Below, piece after piece: positions 1-12,141 of a stretch of DNA of 64,000 bases. The DNA is from Lama glama (taxonomy: Eukaryota). The notes under the pieces are model-generated. The model was given only the letters and a program-made list of their open reading frames with translations, had not been told where the DNA came from and ran no database searches. Numbering within the stretch: position 1 is the first letter of the stretch; every line of letters starts with the position of its first letter. The DNA lies in assembly GCA_028534125.1 (NCBI GenBank), contig CM052816.1:75146001-75210000 (forward strand), in the 5' to 3' direction. The position numbers were made by a program, and so were the translations under genes.

Positions 1-128
1 TACTGGGCAATGTGATCATTAATGTCTTTAAACTTAATCAAATCAGAGAACCAATTCCAGATAAGCCAGAACCAAGTCAGAGAACCTACCTAGAGTTATG
101 TTTTAAAACTTCTTCTGGTACCAATTTT

Positions 129-712
129 TGTACCACTTAGGGGAGAATGGCCATATTGAGAGGTAAGAAATAAAGGATTTGTTATAGGAATTAGAATGAA
201 CACTATGTAGGAGCTCATGAAAAAGCCAATGGAAGACCTCTGCATCTGGAAATGAGTATAAAGTCACTGCAGGTCAGATACGAAAAAGAACTTCTGGACA
301 TGAAGCAGGGGAGAGGAAGGATACACTGGAACCCATGAGGACAAACTGAAATCTGCACCTATTTCTCATCATTTCCAATCTGACAGTATGACTGACAGAG
401 AAGAAGCTTACACTTGTCATCATGGGGCATCACATGCACTGGTCCAGGACTCAGAAACTGGAGGAAGAAATCTAGCAGCAGCTGGCAGTCCAGCTAGTTT
501 CCTATACCAAAGGGTGAGCCATGGATCAGTGACCATATGCACGAACTCTAAAGCAGCTTATCCTGTTCACCAACTTTCAGAATGTTATGTCAGCTGATTC
601 ACTGTCTCTTTCCCAATCTCATACAAATTTCTCCCGTTGCCAGCCCAGCACCATGCAAGGGAAGGAATTAGGGATCTATGGTCTCAGCTGAGCTAAATAC
701 AATCTCAACACA
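129..712 (-). mobile_element. Old ERVL-class solo LTR (LTR41/LTR52-like)
   Basis: TG...CA ends. Right end 'ctcagctgagctaaatacaatctcaacaca' and left 'ggatttgttataggaattaga' resemble the reverse complement of LTR41-group consensus as I recall it. Heavily diverged. Confidence 0.6.
393..559 (+). pseudogene. Decayed apolipoprotein A-IV (APOA4)-like coding fragment embedded in the LTR; not a gene
   Basis: 439-472 ctggtccaggactcagaaactggaggaagaaatc and 513-548 ggtgagccatggatcagtgaccatatgcacgaactc align by eye to APOA4 CDS. With frameshifts they read LVQDS/KLEEEI*QQL/QLVSYTK/VSH/ISDHMHEL vs APOA4 [36 protein letters not shown]. Confidence 0.7.
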
Positions 713-1137
713 GATGGTTTGGAAACAAAGATGGTTGTTGAAGAAGGGAAATTCAAGGTGGTAAGACTTGTTAAGATACTTTAATAATTGAAAATAAAAG
801 TTATAAGAACCTATAATTATTAGTGATAAGAATAGGAAAGTAAGGACACCCAGACAATATATTATAAAGAAAATACCCAAAAGTTTGCTTGAGAATGTAA
901 TGAAAAAGAGAAAGAGGAAGAAAGGCTTCAGCCTATTAATTAGGAGACTGGAAGAATGATATGACCAGAGACAGAATAATGGAAGGGAGTAGAAGGAAGA
1001 GAGAGAGGAGGGGAGAATTACAGGAAATTGTATTTACTGGTAGAGGTGACCTGTAGGCAGGTAGAACCATAAAACTAAATAAAGTTGCAAGGTAAATGGC
1101 TCTGAGATGATTAATATATTAATTACCTCAATTTCTT

Positions 1138-1394
1138 TTTTTTATTGAGTTATAGTCATTTTACAATGTTGTATCAATTTCCAGTGTAGAGCACAATTTT
1201 TCAGTTATACATGAACATACATATATTCATTGTCACATTCTTCTTCACTGTATATATTTGTATATATTTGACCTTGTATATAAGATCTTGTATATATTTC
1301 CCTGTGCGATACAGTATAATCTTGTTTATCTTTTCTACATATGCCTGTCAGTATCTACAAATGCCGAACTCACAGTCTGTCCCTTCTCACCCCC
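1138..1394 (-). mobile_element. 5'-truncated young L1 3' end
   Basis: Poly-T then 'ttattgagttatagtcattttacaatgttg'. TSD cct(c/a)aatttctt at 1126-1137 and 1395-1406. Same subfamily as 37429-37521. Confidence 0.9.
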
Positions 1395-2189
1395 CCTAAA
1401 TTTCTTGACCTATATTTAAAACCATATTCTCAGCCTATAGAGCAAGGAACATAAACACAAAAATGGTATACCTTTCTCTGGATAAAAATACAGATGTAGG
1501 CATACAGATAAGTGTGCAGATATTTACTATATGTCCAATGAGATTATCTTGAGAATTACATTAAATTTGCTTTAAACCACTATTCCCATCCAAAGGAAAT
1601 TCTACTGTACTCTCCAAGATTTCTTCAAATTCCAGGGAGTTCACGTTCGCATGGTCAGGCCTTGCTCCAATTACCTGTTCTTTCTGAATTCGTCATCTCA
1701 CACATGCCTCAGATCCACTTGCTATTCTCTCCCTTCATTGGTCCATTCATGAGATACAGCTTGCCTTCCTTAATTTCCCCACTAATAATTTTTGTATCTA
1801 GAGATTTAGCTTAGGCTTGGAATGACAGAGGAAAGGTACTTAGCAATATTGAACGGTCATGTGGCCAGCCTCGCCCCTGGAAATTCCTCAGTACCTGGTA
1901 TTGCTCTGGAGGTCCCTCCTGCCATTATGATGATCAACTCCTCCTTCCCTTCAGTACCCTCCTTACCCTCATTTTCTGCTCTCTATCTTCAAATTCCTCT
2001 TCACTTGGCATTTGTAGAACATTTTATTTCCCTCTTATTTTTCTCTTTCCAAATCACTATCTAGAGGCCTCATATTTCATTGCCAAACAGGTTGATCGAG
2101 GCATCTGACCAAGCAAAAAGCCATCTTTTCCCCTAAGGGAAAATGAAGCCACTGAAACTAATTACGGCTTAAATAGCAAATGTCAGGTA

Positions 2190-2315
2190 ATATATAGACA
2201 GGTACAGATAGATGATACATAGATGATAGAAAAGAGAAAGGGAGGAATAAAGAAATAAAGGAGGGAGGGAAGGAAGGAACAAGAGAAGGAAGGAAGGAAG
2301 AAAGAAAGGAAAAAG
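2190..2315. repeat. Degenerate (GATA)n/(GGAA)n purine-rich low-complexity tract
   Basis: gatagatgatacatagatgataga...ggaaggaaggaagaaagaaagg. Confidence 0.7.
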
Positions 2316-3660
2316 AGCTTTCTTGCCATGTATTTCTCTCACCACTACCTTTTTTCTTAAATATAGAATTCGGTTTTTCTCCCTTTCAGAAAATGTCAGT
2401 ACTGATAAGCGTAACCGTAAGCCTTTATAAACAAGCCAAATAAGGAAACTTGCTCTAGAAACAGGTCTGCAATTTTGCAGCTGATCTCCTTGAAATGGGG
2501 CAAAGGCCTGCTTCATCATTCCTGCCTACAGAAAGGCACAAGATGGTGTGAAGGAATTTAAGAGTAAAAAGGCTCTCAGGGTAAAGCCCTGAGTCTTGTA
2601 TTCCAAAGAAAAGGAAACAAAGTTTCTACAAGAACATATGTTCTTTTAAGCAGACCTTGCTGAGGCCTTAATGGCAAATATAATATGTATGTGGTGATGG
2701 TGAAGGCGGTTATTCTAGAAAGGAATACAATATTATTAATAGGGAAAACCATCATTAAACAAGATGAACAAATAATGGTTATTTTAGATTTGGGCTATTT
2801 GGTTATTTTATTTATATATTAAAATTTTAATTTTTAAATTATTTATTTTATTTTTATATTCAGTTTGGTTATTTTTAGATTTAGGTACTCAGTCACTTTC
2901 TTGAAAATCATTCAGTCCTAAATACTGTGTCTGGCCCCACTCTACCCACTACATTTTTTCCATGACGCTTCACACACTTCTACAGTAATTAAGGAGACAG
3001 TTGTTTGCAATCTATAGACACTCTATTCTTGGTCCTGTTTTATAAATTCTCATGTTTTCACTCCTTTCTGCCTTTTCATTTCCCAGTAATTTAATTCTAC
3101 TTTAAGATCCAGTCCCATCTCTTCCAAGCAGCCTGCTCAGTTTAATCCAGATTGCTCCATCAGCCCCTTCCCTGAATTCCTATTGTATTTTCACCTGACC
3201 CCACACAAATTGGAAAGTAATTATTCCCTAGGATTTGTTTTTGTTTTAGAGACCCTACAGTGCCCTTCCCTACACACAATGTATGGTCCATAACTGGATG
3301 ATTAATCTTAATTAATTGGTTAATAGATTGATTAGTTTCTTAGATTGACAATGATTTGAGAATGCTCCAAATATGGAGTAAAGTTTACCCATGACCAACA
3401 TTAAAAAAGTAGAATTTTCCAGTGAAATTCCATTTTTAACCAGTGTTTTTTTCAAGGAGTGACAGTTCAGTTTTTAGGCAGGAAGGATTCTGGAGAAATA
3501 AGCAAAAAGCCATGCAAACTGTGAAATTCCACAACTTTGTTGACATCTCTATGCTTGGTAGAATGGGCCCTGATTAAATTTATCACCACCATTGTTCTGG
3601 AAAGTAACAGTTCTTCCTGCAGCACAAAAAAGGAAAGAGTGTAGGTGGGAGCAGCGTGGT

Positions 3661-3800
3661 CAGCGTGGTGTAACAGAAAAAGAGGTCAAAGACAGGTTGA
3701 GGGAAACAGGTTATTTTTCTAGTTCTGCCACTGATCTGCTCTGTAACCATAAGTACGTGCCCAAACCTTGGGAGCCTGTTTTCCTCTTCTGTCAATGAAA
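3661..3800 (+). mobile_element. MIR SINE fragment
   Basis: 'agttctgccactgatctgctctgtaacc...gagcctgttttcctcttctgtcaatg' resembles the MIR core. Confidence 0.65.
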
Positions 3801-4323
3801 ACATGGACATCCACCATCCTCCTAAAACAGCCCCTCTGTAGACAAAATGGCTTTGACAATGGACTAGAAAGCCTCTGAGACCTTTAACAGTGGTCATTTC
3901 AAACAATGCAAGAAATAATATTCTCTAGGGCCAGGGAGAGGGAAATTATCTAATTTAATAGTGTGAGTTAGTACAGCTAATGCTTCATGGAAAAATTAAT
4001 CTTTTAAAAATTATGGATTCAGAACTATAAAATATTTGCTACAGTTTCTACAAAAACTACTTTACAATGGTATAGAATTTTACATTTTTTCTTTTCAAAA
4101 TGAGTCTTGAGAAGCCTTTTACATGAGAGACAGCTAAGTCTTACAGTGAAAAAATATTCAAAACTAGAAGAAGTATGTAATGTCTTGAATAATAAGAGTT
4201 TCAGTAGATTTGACTTCAGGTTTTGCTACTTAATGGGAATCTGAACATAATCACACATGATTTTTTTTATGTCTATATTCCCATATGTTAAATGGGAAAG
4301 GCATTATGTTTTAGGAGAGACTT

Positions 4324-4620
4324 AGGGGATCACAAAGTCAAATGTCTACAGGGACCAGAGAGTTAAAGGAAATGGATGATGTGAGATGTGGTAAGTAATA
4401 GGGAATGGTGTGGCGTTTGGCACACTAGGGAGGTCAGATCTCATTTAAACCAACTGACTCATATCAGGCAAACAAATTTCTGGGCACAATGTTGTGATGT
4501 CTTTTGATTTTTCAAACTAATTTATGTGTGAATCTCCAGATTTCAGAGATTTAATTAAAAATTTTTACATCACTGTGAATATCAAGCAAAACATATCTGT
4601 CGGTCACCATGTGAACCCTA
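4324..4620 (+). mobile_element. MER102-like hAT-Charlie DNA transposon
   Basis: 'ggggatcacaaagtcaaatgtctacagggaccag' start and 'cactgtgaatatcaagcaaaacatatctg' near the end match the recalled MER102 consensus. Confidence 0.7.
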
Positions 4621-7037
4621 CATCAGCATGTACCTTCAAAAGAATATTAAGAGAAGATCATAACTGATTCTTTCTTCAGGTCCTTGTATTACAAGTACAG
4701 AGACTAAAACCACAAGAAAGACCATCTGGCTGGTAAACATTTTATGTATTCAGCAAATACACTAGCTATTATGCTGGAAACTGAAAATACATTTAGAGAA
4801 TAAGACAGACACATCTCTAATATAGTGGCAGGGTCTAGCTGGACCAAGGAACCTTTGCATCCCAGATAGTCAAGATCCTCAACAACCAACTTGGATTCCT
4901 TCTGAATGCCTCCCACAGTAGAGTGAATCTGATGTTGTGATGGCCTGGATCAGGCACTCTCAGTCACTGAAATGTTCAGATAATCAGAAATATTCTGCAA
5001 AGAAATTTGGGCGACGTTGCAGCCTCTTTCTTCACTACTTTATCAAGAAAGTTATGAGTAATATGTAATAGAGAAAATAATATGGAAATGATGGGAAAGG
5101 CTTTCTTTTAGTACTTGAAAGTAGAAATGGCAGTTGTAATTTAGCTAAGATGGTAATTTCCTAATGGGACATCGCTTAGATGTTCTAAGTACATCTATGG
5201 GAGATGAAAATTCTTTTGTAAATAAGTATTGTGTTACTGATTGGTGAGTAGTTACTAAGAAAGCAAGATAATTAACGCCTTGACACTCGTAGGGTCTTGA
5301 CCCCTTCCCACTTAACAGCCTTTGCTCACTTCACTCTGTTCTCTCTCTCTGGAATGTCTTCCTACACATTTAAATCCTGCCCATCCTTCAAGGACCGGCT
5401 CAATGGTGTCTCTTCAGTGAAGTGGGATGTTATCTCTTCCTTTAATAAATCCCCATTTATATTTATTTCTTGCTCCAGTAACAGGCGGTAACTTTCTTAA
5501 GGGCATAGATAAATGAATAGGTGACATTTTGTCTCTTAGATTATGGAGCACTGTCTTCTGTTGTTTAGGATAACAGTCTAATCTTAAATTGTGTGTTCAC
5601 TTAGAAATCTGTTCTACTGGAATTTTACTACAAAAATGACATGCAAACAATACAAAATTAAGACAAGGTCTCTATGGCAGTGTGAAAGGCATACATAGTG
5701 CTCCTCTCATTAGCTTAAAATGAATTTTTAAAGCTTAGAAAAAAAAAGGAATAAAAATGTTTGGAGTGGGCGAATAGAAAGGGCCAGGAGAGAACATCAC
5801 ACTAGCAGATCTATACAAAAAAATTTTGTGTGTAGTAGAAAGAAAAGAAAAAATACTAATTGGATATGAGTTGCTTCAATTTAGGCAATTTCAGAAATAA
5901 GTCACTTACTCTCTTTGTTGCAGAAGGAGCATTATTTTGCTTCTCAGTGCTTTTAAATGATTATTCTAGCTTTCTCTTCCTCTTGTGAAAATCTACCAGG
6001 GTCTACACAAACAGAACTAAGATTGTATTAGGTCCTACTCTAGGTAAGCAAAATATTTGGGTAAAATAGAGAAAATATTGCCCTATCCCTACCTATCATA
6101 TCACAAGATGCTAACCCCTTCATGACAGCAGAGCAAGACTTACACGATGAATAGACTAACAGTGCATGGAGAGAGAGGAAGGGGACTGCTGGGAGGAAGC
6201 TACTGGAAGAATGCACAAAATGACAGAACATATAATTAGCTGTATGAATTGTGAGACACTATTCATGGTCCTGTTTCTCCTAGAAAAATGTAAAAAATTA
6301 GATTTTTCAAAAATTTAGGAAAAATCTAAGACAAGGAAAACTTATGAACACAAATTTGCCGAGAGACCTAGACTTACTGTGAAAAATCTTACTCCATTTT
6401 GTTTATTTCCTTATGAAGTTGGATTAGCTCTGAGGTTAAATTGATGGAAGGGAGGAGAGGACCAGCACCAGTATGTAACTCACAGGTGTGTGAGGGAGTA
6501 AAGGACTAATGTAAGACCAAAAGATGGGGAACTTCTAGTAGCTGAGAGAACTGTGGACTTTGGAACCTCCACTGGGGGGGATCTTTGGAGTTCCCTAGGA
6601 CACTGTAATCACGAAGTGCTATTGGAGTCGGAAAGAAAATTAGGCTAACAGAGCCAATGAAGCCATCATAGCGGACGTGAGGGACCTTTAAGACCCCTGG
6701 TGCCAGATACAGCTGCAGGTTGGGGCCAGGATAAAACACAGCTTATTTCAGGAGGGCTCTAGAATTCATCTAGATGTCCTCAGAGCACCAAGCCTTTTTT
6801 GAAAGGCTGTTGGCCTGATGGCCCCTTGAGAACCTTGTATGCCTATCTTAGATCCTCTGTGCCTGTGATCACAGGCAGCACTATCATCTTCAAAAACTGG
6901 ATAATGACCTAAACTCTACCTACATTTTGAAGAAAGCGTTTGTAGAAAGAAATGGATTCTAGTCTTCCTCCTAGAGTCTTTGTCTTGCTCCCATTCTCAT
7001 ATTCTTCGGCTCTGAATCAGCCAAGTGTGGTCCAGTA

Positions 7038-7515
7038 TGTCAACTGAAATAAATACACAGCCGAAAAGTTGGGAGTTATCTTTTATTTGGTTGAAAGACT
7101 TGAGCCGGGATGACAGCCTCTCAGATCCCTCTGAGGGACTGCTCCGAGGGGTAGGGGAGGGGCTAGGATGTATAGGAGCTTTACAACAAAGACCAGGTAG
7201 TTGAAACATTAAAAGATTACTTGTTAAGTGAAGAAAACCAGGCATCTCAAGTTAAAGAATTTAGTGCTTTTCTATGTATGGGAGGGAGCAAACGTTTGGG
7301 CTCATTGAATTCATTCCTTTGACAAGCACCCAGCTATCTAGGGCCAGTATCCTGCCCTTTCTTATTTTGAGTCCCCTCAGGGTGCACCGTTGTGAGCGGC
7401 TGCAGAGGCCGGGCTGCAGGCTTGTCTTCCCTGGGGGGTGGCAGCAGCGGCTGATGACTTGATGGTTTCAGCATTCTTTGTTTACTGATATGGTTCTCAG
7501 TATTTTTCGTTAACA
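7038..7515 (-). mobile_element. ERV1 solo LTR, MER41-like (MER41_BT-related)
   Basis: Intact TG...CA ends and 4-bp TSD agta (7034-7037, 7516-7519). Internal 'gacagcctctcagat' and 'gaatttagtgcttttctatgtatggga' are typical of artiodactyl MER41. Confidence 0.9.
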
Positions 7516-7529
7516 AGTATAATAATTAT

Positions 7530-7725
7530 TTCCATTTAGTGAGTATCTAATATGCATCAGATACTGGTGACAGATGCCTTACCTGTCATATTTAATATCT
7601 TTTTATCTATGCTACGAAGTTGAAGAAATAGAGGCCCAGAGATAGTAATAGAATCACCCCAGGCTGTACGTTAGTCGGTGGCAAAGGTAGGGTCTGACCA
7701 TGGGCGCGTTTAGCGCCAAAGCCTG
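7530..7725 (-). mobile_element. MIR SINE
   Basis: 'gaagaaatagaggcccagaga...ccccaggctgtacgttagtcggtggcaaag' is the antisense MIR core. Confidence 0.65.
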
Positions 7726-8214
7726 CTCATAAGCTTGGGAAAGGAGTAGGAGTTAAATACAACCTAAATAATTACCACTTTAGTTGGCTAATCTTCAGCT
7801 GTACCAACAACATGCCACAAATAGTGGGCAGGCAGCTGGCTTCTAACAAATGCATGGAACTTTCAAATGAAATACAGTTGTTATGCAGATTGCCTGGCTT
7901 AGGAACAAAAAGCAAACAAAACCCAAAGCTTTAGCGGGAACTTTGAAGATAAAAAGCTTTTTAAAAAGGAACAAATGACTGTTTAAAAATACTATTGAAT
8001 GAATTTCCAAGAATGGCTATTGTTCTTTTTTTTAAAAGAAGAACTCTGTGTTCTTTTAAGAAGCATAGGCCTGCTGGCAATTTCAAGGGGAAATGGAGTC
8101 TGGTGCAACTAACTTTCCCAAAACGTGAGCAGCAATGCCACATGAAGCCCAGGATAAGAGCTCTCCTCTAAAAGACAGTTATCAGTCAACAACTATTGTT
8201 CATTTGTTTGCTGG

Positions 8215-9070
8215 TCCATTCATTCAATGGTTTGGTTTTTTTTTAAGTGTTAGAATACACAGAGGAGTATGTAACCATATGTAATGATTTTAAAGAATGA
8301 TTATAAATCAAATGGTCAAGTAATAAAAAGAATATAACATTACTTGTTCATTAGACATTTCCCTCCTGAGTGGTTTTCTCAATCAGGTCTCAATGAAAAG
8401 ATACGTTCTGAGTAATGACTTGAAGCAGGTGAGGGAGAGAGTCATGAGTATTTCTGAGGGGAGAGCATTCTAAACAGAAAGAGGCAGCAGCAACTCCTGT
8501 GTATTCAAGGGCAGTGGGAATCCAGCTTGACTGGAATAAAGATAATGCGGAAAAGCATTATGAAATAAGCTAGAAACAAAATGGCAGGCTCAGTTATGAT
8601 CGGGCCCTGATCACGTGGGCCTTGTAGGTGTATTTTTTTTGTTTTAATTGAAGTGTAGTTGATTTACAATGTGGTGTTAGTTTCTGGTGTACAGCATAGT
8701 GATTCAGTCATACATCTATATATATACATATTCATGTTCATATTCTTTTCACTATAGGTTATTACAAGGTATTGAATATAGTTAGTTCCCTGTGCAACAC
8801 TATAGGACTTCATTATTTAATTTTTTTTTATTCTGACTGATATGGGAATTGTTGGAGAGTTTTGAGCAGAGGAGTGTCATGAACTGATTCGCATTTTAAA
8901 AGGATCAATTAAGGCTGAGGGCAGAAGCAGAAAGACAGGTTAGATAGACCATTGCAACAATCCAAGCAAAAGATGGTGTTGGTTTTGCACAGAGTGCTAC
9001 TAATGGAAGTGACTTTCTTTGTAGTGCCCTCATGTTGGGAGAAGAGATGGTTTACATCTGGCTCAAATTT
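8215..9070 (-). mobile_element. L2 LINE 3' region, interrupted by an L1
   Basis: 'cattcattcaa' tail; 'gagcattctaaacagaaag' and 'gagagttttgagcagaggagtgtcatga' are L2 antisense motifs. Confidence 0.7.
8633..8820 (-). mobile_element. L1 3' end (cetartiodactyl type) nested in L2
   Basis: 'ttttaattgaagtgtagttgatttacaatgtggtgttagtttctggtgtacagcatagtgattcag'. Confidence 0.9.
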
Positions 9071-9315
9071 AAACTGAGAATGGAGCCTTATGAGAGGAAG
9101 TTCTCCTATTAAACTGCCCCCTTGGGGGTTCCAAGCATGATTTTCTGTTCCTGTACCAATGAGTCCATGAAAACTGCTCAAGTTTTCCAGATTGGCAAAA
9201 GCTCTCATGAAAAAATAGTTTTCTCCTATAAGAAGAAACTTTTATATGTTTTTTCCTACAGATAGAATTTGGCCTGAAAAATTTCTTTAATCCTGCAAGG
9301 TCTTCCATGCAGTTA

Positions 9316-9881
9316 CGAGACAGAAAGGGGGCAGGGCACAGCCATTCAAGGAATAACACAGCAATTAACACCAGAATGGTGAAAGATTCAACCCCGAGTA
9401 GGCCTCGATGCTCAAGATGGTGAGAAATTTGACTTCCTTGAGCTTCATTATAGCCCATTGTAATATATTAACATGGTGAATAACATGCCCACAGGTGCCA
9501 TGTCAGTCCCAAGGCTAGCCACAAAAAGTCAAAGAGTGGGCAATGGCCAACTTCCTGGGAATCCCAGCCCCTTTCCCAGGCTAGTGAGACTGGTCCTTCC
9601 ACTTATTAGCATATGAAGCCACTGAACCCATAAAAACTGGCAACCCTCTCTCTCCCTCTTCAGAAATAGCCCACACTCTGTCTATGGAGTGTGCACCTAC
9701 TTTTACTCTAATCTGAGCACCCAACTCCCACACCTTGTAGCCTTTTTCTTCCTTTTGATGTATCTCTCTAAATAAATCTACTTTTATTCAACTGTGGCTC
9801 ACTCTTAAATTCTTTCCAGGGGCTCAACCAAAGCCTGGGACACGGCCTTCCTCATGCCCCACATTCATTTTTCCTGCATCA
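9316..9881 (+). mobile_element. ERV1-class solo LTR (same family as 44771-45411)
   Basis: 4-bp TSD gtta (9312-9315, 9882-9885), ends in ...gcatca, TATA-like cataaaaa 9629-9636, AATAAA 9771-9776. Colinear with the reverse complement of 44771-45411. Confidence 0.9.
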
Positions 9882-10538
9882 GTTAGGCTTAAAAAATACT
9901 TTCCTCAGCATTTTATTTGGTTTCAGCTGAGTCCCTGACCAAATTTTCATCATAAACAGAAATCCATTCATCTATTCTCTCAATCAACAACTATTGACAA
10001 CTGCTACTGTGCTGGATATTTTGGGGGAGACAGTCATGCACTGGGTATCATTCCTGCCTTGCAATCTAGTACAGAGAGAAGTGCATGAAGATTACTTAGC
10101 ATAAAGGTTGTCTGAACTGTAGAGAAGCTCAACATTATTTATAATGCTGTATCTCTGTCTTCTTTTTCCCCCCAGAATGCCAACTGAAGTAGTTAAGAAC
10201 TTAGCTCTGTGGGAAGAAACCTGAGATTTATTACTCTCTGTATCAACACCCCATTTTTTTCCTGGTTCCTGTAAGAGAACAGAGGTTTAATAGGAGGGGA
10301 CTTAGGAACAGCATGGGGGTGGAGATGGGGGCTCCAAGGCATTACCACCAGTTTAAACTCTGTTTTCTTGGAGCCATTATAAAGCTGATGTAGTCTGTTC
10401 TCTCCTGTTATCTGAATCTGCTTCACTTATGTGAACCATGAATTTGACCTTCCTGGGGCACCTACTATCACCAGCATTGTCAAGGAGAGCTCATAGGTAT
10501 CATGTCCAGTACTCATCATGACCATGGGTGTCACTTGT

Positions 10539-10954
10539 GGCTGAGTGTGTTTCATTGTATATATGTACCACATCTTCTTTATCCAGTCATCTGTTGATAG
10601 ACATTTGGGTTGTTTCCAAGTCTTGGCTATCATAAATAGTGCTGCTGTGAACATTAGGGTGCATGTGTCTTTTTGAATTTTATTTTTCTCTGGATATATG
10701 CCCAGGAGTGTGATAGCTGGATCACATGGTGTCTATTTTCAGTTTTTTAAGGAACTTCCATACTGTCCTCCATAGCGGCTGCACCAATCTACACTCCCAC
10801 CAACAGTATAAGAGGGTCCCCTTTTCTCCTATCATTTGTAGACTTTTTGATGATGGCCATTCTGGCTGGTGTGAAGTGATATCTCATTGTAGTTTTGATC
10901 TGCATTTCTTTGACAATATAGCAATGCTGAGCATTTTTTCATGTGCCTATTGGC
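10539..10954 (-). mobile_element. Internal L1 ORF2 fragment lacking 3'UTR and poly(A)
   Basis: Minus-strand translation MFTAALFMIAKTWKQPKCLSTDDWIKKMWYIYTM matches the L1 ORF2p C-terminal region. Flanked by a 22-bp direct repeat. Confidence 0.9.
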
Positions 10955-12141
10955 CATGACCATGGATGTCACTTGTTGGGTCAATTTTTTTACAGCTTCA
11001 TATGATCACAGAGTAGTTCTATGGACATTGAAAAACCTGAGTAGGACCTGCACCGGCCATAAGATGTAGAGTTCTTTTGGCACATTCAGGTATGCTTTCT
11101 TAATTCCAGAAAATACTTAAATGATTAGGACATTAGATTTTATTTAGATAGCTTAGAAAAAAGTCCAACAGATCAACTTTAAACAGTGAGTTTAAACAAT
11201 ACTTGATATCCTATCTTTATTTACACACCATTCTGGGAACAGCAGATCTGAAAGGCAAACCAAGGTTAATGTTCTGGCAATCAGCTGAAGTTAATTGATG
11301 GAGACGTTTCAGAGTAAAATAAAATTATCTTGACAGCTTTTCATTAGTATAACAACCTGACAGTCAAAGGACTACTTAATTTTTTCTCCGAATCACGACA
11401 AATTATTATTAACAGCAGCTCACACGTGTATTACGCATCTTGAGAGATGGGTCCCCTCAGACTTTAGAGCACAGACTGGTGAAATAGCGTCCTCCCCATT
11501 AGCTAGATCCTGGCATTCCTAAAATAGTGATACAAGAGTGGTTTATTCTAAATAAAGTTAAAGGACTGTTTAACTTAAATTTAAACCATAAAGCAAAGAT
11601 CTAAAAATATGAGGAGTGTTAAAGTAATGTTCCAGAAACTTTCACCAAATAATTGTAGCCCACATGCGTAATTTTTCTTCTTCTTTTCTTTTCTTGAGAG
11701 AATGACTCATTCTTTGGAAAAATGTGCTTTGTTCACAGAATATGCATTATGTACTTGATAAGAACAAATCTTTTATAGTTTTAGAATGGGTCATAAAGTC
11801 ATAACATGAAGGGCAAGGAGGAAACTCTTTTCACTTGGGCACGTATCCTAGGATAGATTTGTGACCGCTCCCCAACATTCTGGTGAGAATTTCAATAGTT
11901 TTCATTTCCCTAAGTCTTGAGATCGTGTTTTTGTGTATTTATAAATGCTGGAAGAAAGAGGAGAACATGGAAGATAAAATCCTGGATGGAGGCTGGAGAA
12001 GTTTCATCACTTTGTTTCATGTTTATGATCTTCCATAGAAAACTCCAAAATGGTGCTATAGAGAGAGGAACCTGGGGAGAGGTCACCCAGGTAAGGTAGA
12101 GCTGAACACAAAACTGGGAATTCTTAATTAAAGGCAAAGAA

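Noticed and set aside
5924..6043. Exon-shaped unit (ttgttgcag| ... TAG|gtaagc)
   Set aside because: All frames are closed and there is no other support; such site pairs are common by chance.
6440..6800. GC-richer stretch that may be an ancient LTR (similar case at about 31345-31760)
   Set aside because: I could not match termini, TSD or a family, so it is left uncalled.
10427..10959. ORFs with protein-like sequence (KTWKQPKC..., HSHQQ...)
   Set aside because: Sense and antisense translations of an L1 ORF2 fragment.
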